DNA of 64,000 nt from an uncultured Candidatus Saccharibacteria bacterium. Lineage in GTDB: Bacteria; Patescibacteriota; Minisyncoccia; Phycocordibacterales; CSBR16-119. Below are positions 8,932 through 19,838 of the stretch, in pieces. Position 1 is the first letter of the stretch. Every line of letters starts with the position of its first letter. The notes beneath the pieces were generated by a model. That model did not search any database, had not been told where the DNA came from, and was given only the letters and a program-made list of their open reading frames with translations. The DNA lies in assembly GCA_964490365.1 (NCBI GenBank), contig CAZBAG010000003.1:18116-82115 (forward strand), in the 5' to 3' direction. Position numbers and translations under genes: made by a program.

Positions 8932-9651
8932 TTATTCTTCTCGCATCGGTGCATTTTTTACAATTCGCACAATCTCATCCTCATCATCGGTAATTGTGTA
9001 GAGATTAAGATCTTCTGGGGATATAGTTTCAAATTCTTTGAGCATCGTTTCGCGTATCATCCTATCAAGTGGTTCCCAGAATTTTTTACCAACTAATATT
9101 ATTGGCACTTTTGAAATTTTACCTGTTTGAACGAGCGTTAAAATTTCAAAGAGTTCATCAAAGGTTCCAAATCCACCAGGGAAGTAAAGATACGCTTCAG
9201 CAGAATATGCCATGAGAACCTTTCGTGTAAAAAAGAAATAGAACGGTATTTCGTCAGTAACATACCTATTTGTATACTGTTCCATTGGAAGCTTAATTGT
9301 TAAACCAAAAGATGGTTTTCCCATTTCGTAAGCGCCACGGTTTCCAGCTTCCATAATACCTGGTCCACCACCAGTAACGATTGAATAGCCAAGCTCTCCA
9401 GCGATACGTCGAGACAGTCTAAGTGCTCGTTGATAGTCTTCATGGCCTTCAGCTAAACGGGCAGAGCCCCAAAAAGTTACCGATTTGTTATGATCTTTGC
9501 TACTTTTGATAATATCAAAACCTTGGCGAAATTCTTCATTGATAACACAAATACGAGTTTCTGTTTCGTCTCCATCTGTGACATAGATACATCCGCTTTT
9601 AATTTCATCAAGAGTGAGGCGTTTTGGTCGAAATGGTTTTTGCTCTTTCAT
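8932..9651 (-). CDS. LOG family Rossmann-fold nucleotide phosphoribohydrolase
   Basis: FWGSAR, TGGGPGIMEAGNRGA, PGGFGTFDE motifs. Confidence 0.9.
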   Translation of the reverse strand: MKEQKPFRPKRLTLDEIKSGCIYVTDGDETETRICVINEEFRQGFDIIKSSKDHNKSVTFWGSARLAEGHEDYQRALRLSRRIAGELGYSIVTGGGPGIMEAGNRGAYEMGKPSFGLTIKLPMEQYTNRYVTDEIPFYFFFTRKVLMAYSAEAYLYFPGGFGTFDELFEILTLVQTGKISKVPIILVGKKFWEPLDRMIRETMLKEFETISPEDLNLYTITDDEDEIVRIVKNAPMREE

Positions 9652-9724
9652 ACGTCATCTATTGTATCTTATTTTGAGAAAAATGATGAGTTCTGGTATA
9701 ACTGAGATGTGTGAAAACACTCAT

Positions 9725-9795
9725 TGCCAGATCGTCTAATGGTAGGACAACGGTTTCTGGTACCGTTTATCTTGGTTCGAGCCCAAGTCTGGCAG
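9725..9795 (+). tRNA. tRNA-Gln (CTG)
   Basis: TGCCAGA/TCTGGCA acceptor, TTCTGGT anticodon loop, GGTTCGAGCCC T-arm. Confidence 0.92.
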
Positions 9796-9812
9796 CAGTA
9801 AAGTATATTTCA

Positions 9813-10325
9813 CTATCTTCTTCTCTCAAAAAGATGGGTTACTGCGCAACCTAAAATACCGCCCATAATAAGTGCATCAAAAGGGAATTCAGTGTGTTCT
9901 TCTGATTCAGCATGGTGAGTTTCTTCCGAAGTTTCTACATGTTTATGATTACCTAAAAGAAGAAGCGACAGGAGTCCAACTAATATACCAGCAAGAATTG
10001 CTTTTAAGGCGTTGTGTGAATGACGTTTAAATTCGCTTACAAGAAACACGATATCAAACAGCGCGTGTATTCCGTGAAAGATTAATTCGCCAGTTGTATA
10101 TGACAAGCCAACACTAACATGTTGAGACCACTCAATAGTCATATGCACTGCAAGTAGCAGGATTGTCACAAAGCCTTTTCTTGCATGCGCAAAATAGGCA
10201 AGGAGGACACCAGACAGTAGGGCAATGCCACTGAGTACTGTCCAATCAATATTCTTTGCATGAATGCCAAGTACGACAATGTACAAGACAAGAAATATTT
10301 TAAATAGAATTTCTTTCGTTCGCAT
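9813..10325 (-). CDS. His-rich small membrane protein, possibly metal-related
   Basis: Several TM helices with intramembrane His/Glu and an HHAESEEH loop; divergent from a Fur-family gene. Confidence 0.65.
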   Translation of the reverse strand: MRTKEILFKIFLVLYIVVLGIHAKNIDWTVLSGIALLSGVLLAYFAHARKGFVTILLLAVHMTIEWSQHVSVGLSYTTGELIFHGIHALFDIVFLVSEFKRHSHNALKAILAGILVGLLSLLLLGNHKHVETSEETHHAESEEHTEFPFDALIMGGILGCAVTHLFERRR

Positions 10326-10335
10326 AGTACTTCAA

Positions 10336-10380
10336 CAAGTATATTCTATTTGCAAGTAACTTGCAAATAGAATATACTTG
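10336..10380. promoter_or_regulatory. Perfect 45-bp palindrome forming a bidirectional promoter and probable Fur/Zur operator
   Basis: CAAGTATATTCTATTTGCAAGT-A-ACTTGCAAATAGAATATACTTG; TTGCAA-N17-TATACT on both strands. Confidence 0.75.
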
Positions 10381-10384
10381 TCCC

Positions 10385-10714
10385 ATGAAGAACTCACTCT
10401 ACAAAGATGAAATTTTAGAAATCCTGTCTCAAGAACATTTACTGTCTATTGCTGATATTCAAAAAAAAGTATCAGCAGATTTTTCTACCGTGTTTCGCAA
10501 TCTTGAAAGTTTGGTAAAGGATAATATTGTAAAAAAAGTTCTTATTTCAAAAGATGTTGTTATGTATGAAATAAAAACAGAAGCATCACACGACCATTTT
10601 GTGTGTGATGACTGTGGAAGTGTTGCATCGGTAACTCTTCCGTATAAAAAAAAGCAGGGAGTGGGATACATTCATGACATTGTTATGCGGGGTACATGTA
10701 AAGCGTGTCTCTAA
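10385..10714 (+). CDS. Fur/Zur family transcriptional regulator
   Basis: STVFRNL helix, HDHFVCDDCG, C-terminal GTCKAC. Confidence 0.88.
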   Translation: MKNSLYKDEILEILSQEHLLSIADIQKKVSADFSTVFRNLESLVKDNIVKKVLISKDVVMYEIKTEASHDHFVCDDCGSVASVTLPYKKKQGVGYIHDIVMRGTCKACL

Positions 10715-10757
10715 TTGTCCACACGTATTTTTAATAGTTCTATTCTATAATAACCAT

Positions 10758-11051
10758 ATGGAAACTCTTGTGCAGGCAAATATCTTTTTCTTTATTACCT
10801 CGATCGCGGTTCTTGTTATTTCTTTTTTTGTTATTGTACTCTTGATCAAGCTCCGAAGATTGGTTTCTTCAGTGAATGCACTTGTCGAAAAGCTTAAAAA
10901 CACCAGTGATTACATGGGAGAAGAGGCAAAAGACCTTATCGATGACATTAAACAAAGTCCAATTTTTAGATTTATGTTTCCTCGGCGAAAGAAAAGAGTT
11001 GCTTCTGATGCTGTCAAAACAGTCCCTCCTAAAATAAGAAGAAAAGTCTAG
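10758..11051 (+). CDS. Small single-TM coiled-coil protein
   Basis: METLVQANIFFFITSIAV TM followed by a coiled coil and basic tail. Confidence 0.7.
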   Translation: METLVQANIFFFITSIAVLVISFFVIVLLIKLRRLVSSVNALVEKLKNTSDYMGEEAKDLIDDIKQSPIFRFMFPRRKKRVASDAVKTVPPKIRRKV

Positions 11052-11120
11052 TATAGAAATAGTAAAAGGAGTATAATATATCTGTCGCCTATTATCATTA
11101 TTTTTTAAGTAAAAAATCCG

Positions 11121-11501
11121 ATGAAAAAAGTTGCAAAAAAGACAGAAGGAAAAAAAAGTAATGTCGGCAAAGCAGTGGCTGTAGGTGCAGCAGCTGTGGT
11201 TGCTGGTGCAGCAGCGTATGCGCTACTTGGTCCAAACGGTAAAAAGAATCGAGCAAAAGTTGTAAAAGCTGTTGGTGTTGTGAAAAAGAAAGTTGCAGCA
11301 AATAAAGACGTGAAAGCTGCAGCCGCTACTATCAAAAAAGTTATGACTGGTGCTAAAAAAGATGCAAAAGTTATTGCGTCAAAAACAAAAACAGCCGTTA
11401 AAAAGGCTACAGGAAGTGCTAAAAAGGTTGTGAAGAAAGTTGTAACAACTACAAAAGCTGTCGTAAAGAAGGTTGCTAAAAAAGTTCCAGGAAAGAAATA
11501 A
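11121..11501 (+). CDS. Lys/Ala/Val-rich basic protein with an N-terminal hydrophobic segment (YtxH/histone H1-like)
   Basis: GAAAVVAGAAAYALL segment followed by KK(V/A) repeats. Confidence 0.65.
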   Translation: MKKVAKKTEGKKSNVGKAVAVGAAAVVAGAAAYALLGPNGKKNRAKVVKAVGVVKKKVAANKDVKAAAATIKKVMTGAKKDAKVIASKTKTAVKKATGSAKKVVKKVVTTTKAVVKKVAKKVPGKK

Positions 11502-11524
11502 TTATCCATTAATTAATACGTTCT

Positions 11525-11707
11525 ATGGAAGGTCAAAATAATGGAAGTGGGGTAAATACTATTTTGATTGTCATTGTTATCTTGATACTTGGTTTTTTCG
11601 GGTATCGATATATAACTGACAGACAACAAAATAGTGCAGAAGAGCAAGAGGGAATTAATATTGATTTTTCTCTTGGTGAAGAAAACGGAGAAAGTTTGCC
11701 ACAATAG
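11525..11707 (+). CDS. Small single-TM protein
   Basis: 60-aa ORF with a TM segment and acidic tail. Confidence 0.6.
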   Translation: MEGQNNGSGVNTILIVIVILILGFFGYRYITDRQQNSAEEQEGINIDFSLGEENGESLPQ

Positions 11708-11760
11708 ATATTAGGTTACACAAAGAGGTCGTTTTATAAATATTAAGAATTACAATATTT

Positions 11761-11913
11761 ATGCTTACAACAATCGCTTTCGTACTACTCATATTATGGA
11801 TCCTTGGTGTCGTAGGTGCGTACACTATAGGTTGGTTTATTCACATTCTGTTGGTTGCCGCCGTTATCATGTTTCTCATTCGAATCATTAGGGGTCAAAA
11901 TCCAATAGAATAG
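11761..11913 (+). CDS. lmo0937/DUF5670-like small membrane protein (below ORF-track cutoff)
   Basis: Manual translation MLTTIAFVLLILWILGVVGAYTIGWFIHILLVAAVIMFLIRIIRGQNPIE*. Confidence 0.8.
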   Translation: MLTTIAFVLLILWILGVVGAYTIGWFIHILLVAAVIMFLIRIIRGQNPIE

Positions 11914-12058
11914 CATCTCAAAGCAGCCCTTCGGGGCTGTTTTGGTTTGGGGGTTATTAGCTTCACAAGTCTTTCTCTACATGGTATAGTAAACGTCCAA
12001 CTATCTCCTTTAAAGGAGGCCCCGACTATTCGGGGTAAATTTTTTAAGTTAATTTTGT

Positions 12059-13846
12059 ATGGAAATCAGAAATATCGCAATTATTGCTCACGTGGACCAC
12101 GGTAAGACAACGCTTACTGACGCTATTTTACGTCAAAATGAAATGGCAGATGAAACAGTATCTATGGATTCAAACGATCTTGAAAAAGAGCGAGGAATCA
12201 CTATTTACGCAAAAAACACTTCGGTGTATTACAAAGGTACAAAAATTAATATTGTAGACACTCCTGGCCACGCCGACTTTGGTTCAGAAGTTGAACGAGT
12301 ATTAAAAGCTGTTGACTCAGTGCTTTTGATCGTTGATGCTGCGGAAGGACCAATGCCTCAAACAAAATTCGTACTTAAAAAATCTCTTGAACTTGGACTT
12401 AAACCTATTTTAGTGCTTAATAAAATTGATAAACCTGCAGCAGACGTGAATGCTGCCCATGATGCGGTATATGAACTCTTTTTTGAGCTTGGTGCATCTG
12501 ATGAACAACTCGATTTCAAAACAGTATACGCAATTGGCCGAGCTGGTACTGCAAAGCTTGCTATGCAAGATGAAATGAAAGATCTAACCCCGCTCCTTGA
12601 TCTTGTGCTTCAAGAAGTACCTTCAGTTTCTGGTGAAGATAAAATTGTAGGACCACTCAAGGCTCAAGTATTTAACCTGGCGTATGACAACTTCCTAGGA
12701 AGAATGGGTGTGTGTCGAATGTATCAAGGTGTTATTAAAGACGGACAAAAAGTATTTGCAAAAGATACTAGCGGAGCACTCCATAGTGGTAAAATCACGA
12801 AACTTTTTACTTTTGAAGGTATGCAACGAAAATCCGTTGAAGGAGCTGTTGCTGGTGACATTATTATGATTTCAGGTCTTCCAGATATTTTCATCGGTCA
12901 AACAATTGTTGATATTGAAACAACTGACCCAATGCCTGAAATTAAAGTTGACGAACCAACCGTTTCCTTCAACATGATGGTGAACGATTCTCCGTTTGTT
13001 GGGCGAGCAGGTAAATTGCTTACGTCACGACAAATCCGAGAGCGACTCGAAAAAGAACTTGAGGTAAACGTGGGTCTTCGAGTTGATTTTGGTGATCAAG
13101 GTAAATTTAAGGTTTATGGACGAGGTGAACTTCACTTGGCAATTCTCATTGAAAATATGCGACGCGAAGGGTTTGAGCTCGCTGTGTCACAACCTGAAGT
13201 AATCATTAAAGATATTGATGGAGAAAAGAGTGAACCTTTCGAAGAGGCAACGATCGTTGTTCCAGAAGAATTTTCTGGTGCCGTTATCGAGAAAATGGGC
13301 AAACGAAAAGGTTTGATGCAAAACATGGAACACGATGGAAACAACGTGAAGATGATCTTCGTTGTTCCGACTCGTGGTCTTCTTGGGTATAGAAATGAAT
13401 TCGTTGTCGATACTCGAGGTGAAGGAATTCTTACAACAATTTTCCACGGCTTCATGCCATATGCTGGTACAGTAACAAAAACAGAATTTGGATCAATGGT
13501 GTCTATGGAAAACGGCAAGGCACTCGCCTTTGCTCTCGATAACCTACAAGAGCGTGGAGTGCTGTATATTCCTGTGAACACAGAAGTATACGAAGGTATG
13601 GTGATTGGATACACCGTGAAGGGCGAAGACATGGTGGTAAATCCAACAAAAGGAAAACAGCTTACCAACATGCGTGCTTCTGGTTCTGATGAGGCTGTGA
13701 AGGTTGTTCCGCCGTTACTTCTTACACTTGAGCTTGCGATGAGTATGATTCGAGGAGATGAACTTCTCGAAGTTACACCAGATGCAGTTCGTCTTCGAAA
13801 GATTTTCTTAAAGGAAGGTGAGAGAAAGAGAGGTTCTAAAAATTAA
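12059..13846 (+). CDS. typA: Translational GTPase TypA/BipA
   Basis: [37 protein letters not shown]. Confidence 0.97.
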   Translation: MEIRNIAIIAHVDHGKTTLTDAILRQNEMADETVSMDSNDLEKERGITIYAKNTSVYYKGTKINIVDTPGHADFGSEVERVLKAVDSVLLIVDAAEGPMPQTKFVLKKSLELGLKPILVLNKIDKPAADVNAAHDAVYELFFELGASDEQLDFKTVYAIGRAGTAKLAMQDEMKDLTPLLDLVLQEVPSVSGEDKIVGPLKAQVFNLAYDNFLGRMGVCRMYQGVIKDGQKVFAKDTSGALHSGKITKLFTFEGMQRKSVEGAVAGDIIMISGLPDIFIGQTIVDIETTDPMPEIKVDEPTVSFNMMVNDSPFVGRAGKLLTSRQIRERLEKELEVNVGLRVDFGDQGKFKVYGRGELHLAILIENMRREGFELAVSQPEVIIKDIDGEKSEPFEEATIVVPEEFSGAVIEKMGKRKGLMQNMEHDGNNVKMIFVVPTRGLLGYRNEFVVDTRGEGILTTIFHGFMPYAGTVTKTEFGSMVSMENGKALAFALDNLQERGVLYIPVNTEVYEGMVIGYTVKGEDMVVNPTKGKQLTNMRASGSDEAVKVVPPLLLTLELAMSMIRGDELLEVTPDAVRLRKIFLKEGERKRGSKN

Positions 13847-13881
13847 AACTATAAAAAATCCGCCATTCTCTGGCGGATTTT

Positions 13882-14589
13882 TTATAAAACTTCTTTTAAA
13901 AATTCTTCTAATTCTTTACCTTTAATTTCTCTATAAGTGTTTGGTCGTAGTTTGCCAAGCAAAATGTTCATGATACGAACTCTTTGAAGTGACTTCACCT
14001 GATAGTTGAGTGAAGCACACATGCGACGAATTTGTCTATTTTTCCCTTCAGTGATAATAATTTCAAATGTATGACTGTCGAGTTTTCGCACCTTTGCTTT
14101 TTTTGTCATTTCTTTTCCAAGACGAACACCATCACGAAGTTTAACCATAAACATGTGTTCTATGGCGTGATTAACGGTCACCACATATTCTTTCTCATGG
14201 TTATATACACCACTTAAAAGTTTTTCTGTAATACGTCCATCGTTGGTGATAATTAAAAGACCGCTTGAGTCTTTGTCGAGGCGCCCTAGTGGAAAGACTC
14301 TAAAAGGGAATTGAATAATATCTTTAATTTCTTCTTCACCTTCTTGTTTGCCGACCGTGGTAACACCAACAGGTTTGTTGTATGCATAATACACAAGTTT
14401 TTCTTCTTTTGTGTTTTTGAGTGTCACTGTGTCGCTTGACTCGACAGTGTCACCAAGCTTTGCTCGTTTTCCATTAATCAGAACTTTACCAAGGGAAATA
14501 AGCTTGTCGGCGCCGCGACGTGTTGCAATACCTTGATCAGCTAAGTATTTGTTGATTCGTGTTCCGTTGTTTTTGTTATCTGGTGTCAT
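13882..14589 (-). CDS. rRNA pseudouridine synthase (RsuA/RluF family)
   Basis: S4 domain, GRLDKDSSGLL, EGKNRQIRRM. Confidence 0.92.
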   Translation of the reverse strand: MTPDNKNNGTRINKYLADQGIATRRGADKLISLGKVLINGKRAKLGDTVESSDTVTLKNTKEEKLVYYAYNKPVGVTTVGKQEGEEEIKDIIQFPFRVFPLGRLDKDSSGLLIITNDGRITEKLLSGVYNHEKEYVVTVNHAIEHMFMVKLRDGVRLGKEMTKKAKVRKLDSHTFEIIITEGKNRQIRRMCASLNYQVKSLQRVRIMNILLGKLRPNTYREIKGKELEEFLKEVL

Positions 14590-15742
14590 GAAGGCCGTAC
14601 GTTGGTATAAGTGCCAATAAAACGATAAGTCCTAAGATAATAAACAAATTTTGAATATTTGCAAAGGATAGGGCAATGGTTGCAATAATTGGACTTATAA
14701 GAAATGCGACAGAGGAAGTGTTGCGGAAAACAGAGATTGTTCGAGTATCTTCCTTGTCAATTTTTTTAAAAAAGTAACTTTCTGTTGTTACTTGTATGAG
14801 GCTCGCACCAATACGAGTTAGAGCAAGTCCACAAGCCCAAATCCAAACCTCCTTTCCGGTGATAAATCCAAGTGCAATAGTACACAAGCTGACAATAATA
14901 ATACCCGCGACCATCATTTCTTTTTCACCAAGAATTTTATCGGCAATAGTGCCCCAGGGAATATCAAAGAGGACATAGGGTATGTGCATGACTGCAAACA
15001 CTACACCAATTTCTTGCCACGATAGACCAACGTACTCAGACAGGTACAGAGGGGTGTAGATAGTCATCCATGCGAAGAAGAAGTTAAGTGTTAACGATAC
15101 AAGATATACATTTTTAAGATCAGTTCGCTTGAAAAGATTTTTCACCCCTAAAAAGAAGTTCATTTTTTTATCTTCGGGAAAAATATGCACATCTTTAAAC
15201 TGATGTACAAAGTAATAGAGCATACAGGCAATAAGGAGACCCGATGTTAAATATACACCTTTGAAGTAGACAGTATTTACCAGAATACCGGCAAGAAATG
15301 GTCCAATGAGAAATGCGAAGTTGTACACAGTCAGGTAAATACCCCGAGTATTTCCAGCCGAGGTGTTTTTTGAATAGTGCGACAGAAGTACATCGACAGA
15401 TAAAAACATTGCTATGGCAGAAACCCAGTAGGTTATGAAGAAGAGTTGTAATATTAGTTGATTTTTACAAGCAACAAGAGCAACAACAGATAAGACATAC
15501 AACGCGCCAACACTACTGAGTGTCTTCACTAATCCATACCGATGGAAAATTTTTGGTGTGTAGGATATATAGATAAGCGAAGCAAGTGATGCCGCGGCAA
15601 AAAGTAACCCAACAAGATGAGGAGACGTAAAACTTTCAACAAAGCTCGAGTCTACATAGGACGTCAGAGCTACACTTATCGTTAAGATAAAGCTTACACC
15701 GAAAATAGATTTTAAGTTACTATGTGAGAGCTTCTGCACCAT
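14576..15742 (-). CDS. MFS transporter
   Basis: About 12 TM segments; MFS-like GTIADKILGEK motif. Confidence 0.82.
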   Translation of the reverse strand: MVQKLSHSNLKSIFGVSFILTISVALTSYVDSSFVESFTSPHLVGLLFAAASLASLIYISYTPKIFHRYGLVKTLSSVGALYVLSVVALVACKNQLILQLFFITYWVSAIAMFLSVDVLLSHYSKNTSAGNTRGIYLTVYNFAFLIGPFLAGILVNTVYFKGVYLTSGLLIACMLYYFVHQFKDVHIFPEDKKMNFFLGVKNLFKRTDLKNVYLVSLTLNFFFAWMTIYTPLYLSEYVGLSWQEIGVVFAVMHIPYVLFDIPWGTIADKILGEKEMMVAGIIIVSLCTIALGFITGKEVWIWACGLALTRIGASLIQVTTESYFFKKIDKEDTRTISVFRNTSSVAFLISPIIATIALSFANIQNLFIILGLIVLLALIPTYGLHDTR

Positions 15743-15759
15743 ACACATAGTCTAACAAA

Positions 15760-17706
15760 CTATGAGCTGAGAATAACGGGGATAACCACAGGTCGTTTTC
15801 CAGTAGCTTGGAATAGGAACTTTGTTACCTTACGTGTGATCGTATCTTTTACATAGTCAAAATCAACCGGATCCATACCAGCAATTGTTTCTTCAGTTGT
15901 TTTCTTAATCATGTTTCGTGCTTTCTTAAGAAGTTCTTGATTTTCTTTTAAGTAGACAAAACCCCGAGAAATAAGATCAGGAGATTTTTTTACTTGCTTC
16001 GTTTTCATATTGATCATGACAACCATAACGAAGATACCGTCTTGAGCGAGTGCTTTTCGGTCTCGGATCACAAGATGTTGTGTATCCGATACAGAAAGCC
16101 CATCGATAATAACCGCTTCGCCTGGAACTTTTTCTTTTCGCTTAACGATTTCTTTACCTTCATTTACAATTTCAATAATACTTCCGTTATCAGGAACGAC
16201 AATATTAGTTTTTGGGCATCCCAGAGTTTCTGCAAGTTCTGCGTGCATCTTGAGACGGTGGTGGTGTCCGTGTACCGGCATAAAGAATTTGTAGTTAATT
16301 TGCTTGTGAAGCCATTCAAGTTCACCTCGTTTTCCGTGACCAGATGCGTGAACAACATTGTCCATATACGTGATTACTTTTGCATCGCCTCGGTAGAGGT
16401 TGTCTTTCAAACTATCAACAGCAGCTTCGTTTCCTGGAATAACTGACGAAGAAAGCACAATCGTGTCTGTTGCACCAAGCTTGATTTGCTTGTGAGTTCC
16501 GTTCGCCATTCTCATCAGCGCGGCAAATTCTTCACCTTGTGCGCCAGTAGCAATAAGTACAATCTTATGAGGTGGATAATCATCCATGTCCTCAATACCG
16601 ATGACATGTTTGAAGTCAGTCAGTTTAAGTTCTTTGGCAATACCAACGTTTGTTTTCATTGAACGTCCTTCAACAACAACATACTTGCCATATCTCGTTG
16701 CTGAATTGATAAATTCAAGAATTCGTTCTACTTGAGAAGCGAATGTACCAATGATTAATCTACCCGGAGCATTTTTAATAATAGTATCAATATTACTAAT
16801 TACTTCAGCTTCAGAACCAGACCAGCCAGGACTTGTAATACCTGTCGAGTCCATGGTCATAAGAAGTACGTTTCTGTCTTTAAACATTTTGTATTGTTCA
16901 AATTCTTTTGGTAGAGGAACGCCATCTTTGTTATCAACACGAACGTCTCCTGTTGAAACAATATCACCAAATGGTGTTTCAATAATTACTCCTGTTGAAT
17001 CTGGGATTGAGTGAGTAAGCCCAAAAAATCGAACTTTAAAGTCAGGAGAAATTGGAAGCGCACCGTCTGCAGCTTCAACAACTTTAATGTTGAGTTTTAG
17101 ACCTGGAAAATCTTCAGCTTTTGCTTTTACAAGCAATGCCCCGAATTCCCGTGTGTAGATAGGTGGATTACCAATTCGTTCAATAAGATAGGGAATACCT
17201 CCAATGTGATCAAGGTGGCCGTGGGTGATCACCATCGCTTTAATCTTGTGCTTGTTTGCCTCAAGATATTTTGTGTTTGGAATCATGTAGTCAATTCCTG
17301 GATTTTCTTCATCGGCAAAACCAATACCAGCATCTATAACGATAATCTGGTCGTTGAGTTCTACCATGGTCATATTTCTTCCGATTTCTTCAACTCCACC
17401 GAGTGGAATAACTCGAATTACATTTTTTTCTGGAGGCTGAATAGAACTAAGCTCTCGTCGCCCGTGTGGTGCACCGCTTTTGTTTCGATCTCTGACAGGT
17501 GCGCCAGTTCTCATTTGAGAAGGAGCAGGGCGTCGTGGACGCACCCCAGTGTTGGCCGTGGTTTCTGGTCGAGAAGAATTTTTATTATTAAATCTTCTTC
17601 CTCCTCCACGAGAGCTGTGTTGGTTTCGCGTACCAGTATAGGGGGTACGATTTCTATTGTTTTGACCGCTATGTGAAGGTCCTGTGTTGTTTGATTTTTG
17701 ATCCAT
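15760..17706 (-). CDS. rnj: Ribonuclease J with a disordered basic N-terminal extension
   Basis: PLGGVEEIGRNM, THGHLDHIG, HSIPDS, HASGH. Confidence 0.95.
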   Translation of the reverse strand: MDQKSNNTGPSHSGQNNRNRTPYTGTRNQHSSRGGGRRFNNKNSSRPETTANTGVRPRRPAPSQMRTGAPVRDRNKSGAPHGRRELSSIQPPEKNVIRVIPLGGVEEIGRNMTMVELNDQIIVIDAGIGFADEENPGIDYMIPNTKYLEANKHKIKAMVITHGHLDHIGGIPYLIERIGNPPIYTREFGALLVKAKAEDFPGLKLNIKVVEAADGALPISPDFKVRFFGLTHSIPDSTGVIIETPFGDIVSTGDVRVDNKDGVPLPKEFEQYKMFKDRNVLLMTMDSTGITSPGWSGSEAEVISNIDTIIKNAPGRLIIGTFASQVERILEFINSATRYGKYVVVEGRSMKTNVGIAKELKLTDFKHVIGIEDMDDYPPHKIVLIATGAQGEEFAALMRMANGTHKQIKLGATDTIVLSSSVIPGNEAAVDSLKDNLYRGDAKVITYMDNVVHASGHGKRGELEWLHKQINYKFFMPVHGHHHRLKMHAELAETLGCPKTNIVVPDNGSIIEIVNEGKEIVKRKEKVPGEAVIIDGLSVSDTQHLVIRDRKALAQDGIFVMVVMINMKTKQVKKSPDLISRGFVYLKENQELLKKARNMIKKTTEETIAGMDPVDFDYVKDTITRKVTKFLFQATGKRPVVIPVILSS

Positions 17707-17738
17707 GTTTATCAGTAGTTATAAATAATAATGTTTTA

Positions 17739-19454
17739 TTAATGAATGAAGTTCCACACTTTCTCAGTTCTGACATACCAGGTATTGACGTGACTCAATC
17801 GTTCAGAAGGGAGTGTGATATTAGTAATGTTAATATTGTGAATCTTGTCGTCCATCAGATAAATGAAATCTGGGGCGTATATAAATAGTGCGGGTAAATC
17901 TTTTTTAATCTCACTATCGATATCGGTAAAATATTTATGCTTCTCATCTTCATTTTGTGAGGTGAGGATTTTTTCAAGTAAACCATCTACCTTACTATTG
18001 GTGTAGCTTGCAATATTGAGTCCTGGGTCATTACGCTGACTTGAATGCCAGAATGCGAACAAATCTGATTCACTACTAATGATTTGTCCAAAGAACAGTG
18101 ATTCATAATCGCGTGGACGTATAACGCTTTGGTTAAGGTTGCCGATTTCAAAAACTTTTACATCAACAGCAATACCTACGCGTTTCAAATCTTCTTTGAT
18201 TAAGTTCGTGGTTGCTTGAAGTTCTGGGGCGTCGCCCGTAGAAATTGAAAATTTAAGAGCAGTTCCATTTTTTGTTCGCATGCCATCACTTCCGAGCACC
18301 CAACCTTCTCGATCAAGAAGTGAATTTGCTTGTGCAATTTCTTCTGTCTGAGTGCTCATTGTGGTTGAACCAGCCCCCTCATGCATCATTTTTGGAATAG
18401 GACCATCAATAACTTGTCCGTATCCTCCAAGTACTGTGGTTACGATAGTGTCTTTATCAATTGCTAAATGAATAGCTTGTACAATATTTTTATTTCTAAA
18501 AATCTCTTGTTTATTGCTATTGAAAAATAGACCAAAAATCCTTGAAAGATTTACATGGGTAATTGTTTCTCCTTCAGATTCAAGCGCTCGTGCTTGCGTG
18601 CCACTGATTGCGTTTATTTGATCAATCTTATGTTTGCGAAATGCTTTGGTTAGGTCTTCTTCGTTTCGATAGAAGACAAATGTTATTTTATGAATATAGG
18701 CTGGCGCACCAGTGTAGTTTTTAAATGCAACAAGAGAGATGCTCTCGATGAGGCCATTCTTCTTCTTTTCAATATGAGAAATTTTATATGGTCCAGATCC
18801 AATCGCACTAATATTACTATCAGAGAATGTAAAATCTTCAGTATCTAAATCTCTCCATAGATGTGCTGGTAAAATTCCGATAGAGGCATTTTCAAGAAAA
18901 TTGCCATATGATGCCGCAAGTTTAAATTCCACCGTTCGTTCATCAATTTTGGTAACAGACACGTTTTGCCAGTTTGCTTGATGTGGACTCTTGAGTGAGC
19001 CATTTTGTATTTGAGTGATCGTAAACACAACATCGTCAGCCGTAACCCTTGTATTGTCGTGAAAAACAGCAGAAGGTTTTAGTATAAAAGTATACAAAGT
19101 TTTTTCATTGTTTACTGTGTAGCTTTCTGCCAAATCATATTCCATAACTCCATCAGAGCTTTTTTTCATGAGTCCTGAAAAAAGAATCGTCGTAAGATCT
19201 TTATCTGTACTTGTACTTGCAAGAACAGGATTGATAAATCGTGGCGATCCAATCACTCCTTCTTTAATAGAGCCACCAGCAAGCGGTCTCTCGACAAGGT
19301 ATTTTTCATTGAGAGTATCTAAAATAAGAAAACCACTTACAAAAAATATGGTAAGTAAGAGTAAAAAGAGAAGCATTTGGCCATACGTAAACGCGTGAAT
19401 AGCCTGATTAATTTTAATTTTTGAGGAGAACGTATTCCCCGAATCTTTGTTCAT
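17739..19454 (-). CDS. Peptide ABC transporter substrate-binding protein (family 5)
   Basis: N-terminal TM; FHD...VTADDVVFT; IGSGPYK. Confidence 0.88.
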   Translation of the reverse strand: MNKDSGNTFSSKIKINQAIHAFTYGQMLLFLLLLTIFFVSGFLILDTLNEKYLVERPLAGGSIKEGVIGSPRFINPVLASTSTDKDLTTILFSGLMKKSSDGVMEYDLAESYTVNNEKTLYTFILKPSAVFHDNTRVTADDVVFTITQIQNGSLKSPHQANWQNVSVTKIDERTVEFKLAASYGNFLENASIGILPAHLWRDLDTEDFTFSDSNISAIGSGPYKISHIEKKKNGLIESISLVAFKNYTGAPAYIHKITFVFYRNEEDLTKAFRKHKIDQINAISGTQARALESEGETITHVNLSRIFGLFFNSNKQEIFRNKNIVQAIHLAIDKDTIVTTVLGGYGQVIDGPIPKMMHEGAGSTTMSTQTEEIAQANSLLDREGWVLGSDGMRTKNGTALKFSISTGDAPELQATTNLIKEDLKRVGIAVDVKVFEIGNLNQSVIRPRDYESLFFGQIISSESDLFAFWHSSQRNDPGLNIASYTNSKVDGLLEKILTSQNEDEKHKYFTDIDSEIKKDLPALFIYAPDFIYLMDDKIHNINITNITLPSERLSHVNTWYVRTEKVWNFIH

Positions 19455-19470
19455 AGATAAATTGACCCGT

Positions 19471-19692
19471 TTAGATCACGGCCAAGATAGAAGAAACAAC
19501 AAGAAGGACAGCTAACACAATAGTTAGTCTAAATAGGAACTTTTCAAAACCTCTTCTTGTATGGTAGGTGCTACCACTGTCGTTTCCACTACCAAACGCA
19601 CCGCCTAAGCTGGCTTCAGATTTTTGTAGTAAAACACTTATTATTAATAGAATGGATAGTATAATCTGTACCCAAGGTAATATACTGTTCAT
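19471..19692 (-). CDS. secG: Preprotein translocase subunit SecG
   Basis: VLLQKSEASLGGAFG...TRRGFEKFL between two TM segments. Confidence 0.88.
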   Translation of the reverse strand: MNSILPWVQIILSILLIISVLLQKSEASLGGAFGSGNDSGSTYHTRRGFEKFLFRLTIVLAVLLVVSSILAVI

Positions 19693-19838
19693 GCTCCCTA
19701 TACTATCAGATTTAAAAACTAAGGCAAGTCGGCAAAAATATGCACTTTTTGAATAGAATGATGTACTTTTCAAAAAAACTCTGTTTGGTATGATTAAGGT
19801 ATAGACTTATTACTAATATAAGTTTTCATAGTAACGTT

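Noticed and set aside
11105-11509. 134-aa Phe/Thr/Ala-rich minus-strand ORF
   Set aside because: Antisense mirror of the Lys-rich gene; low-complexity artefact.
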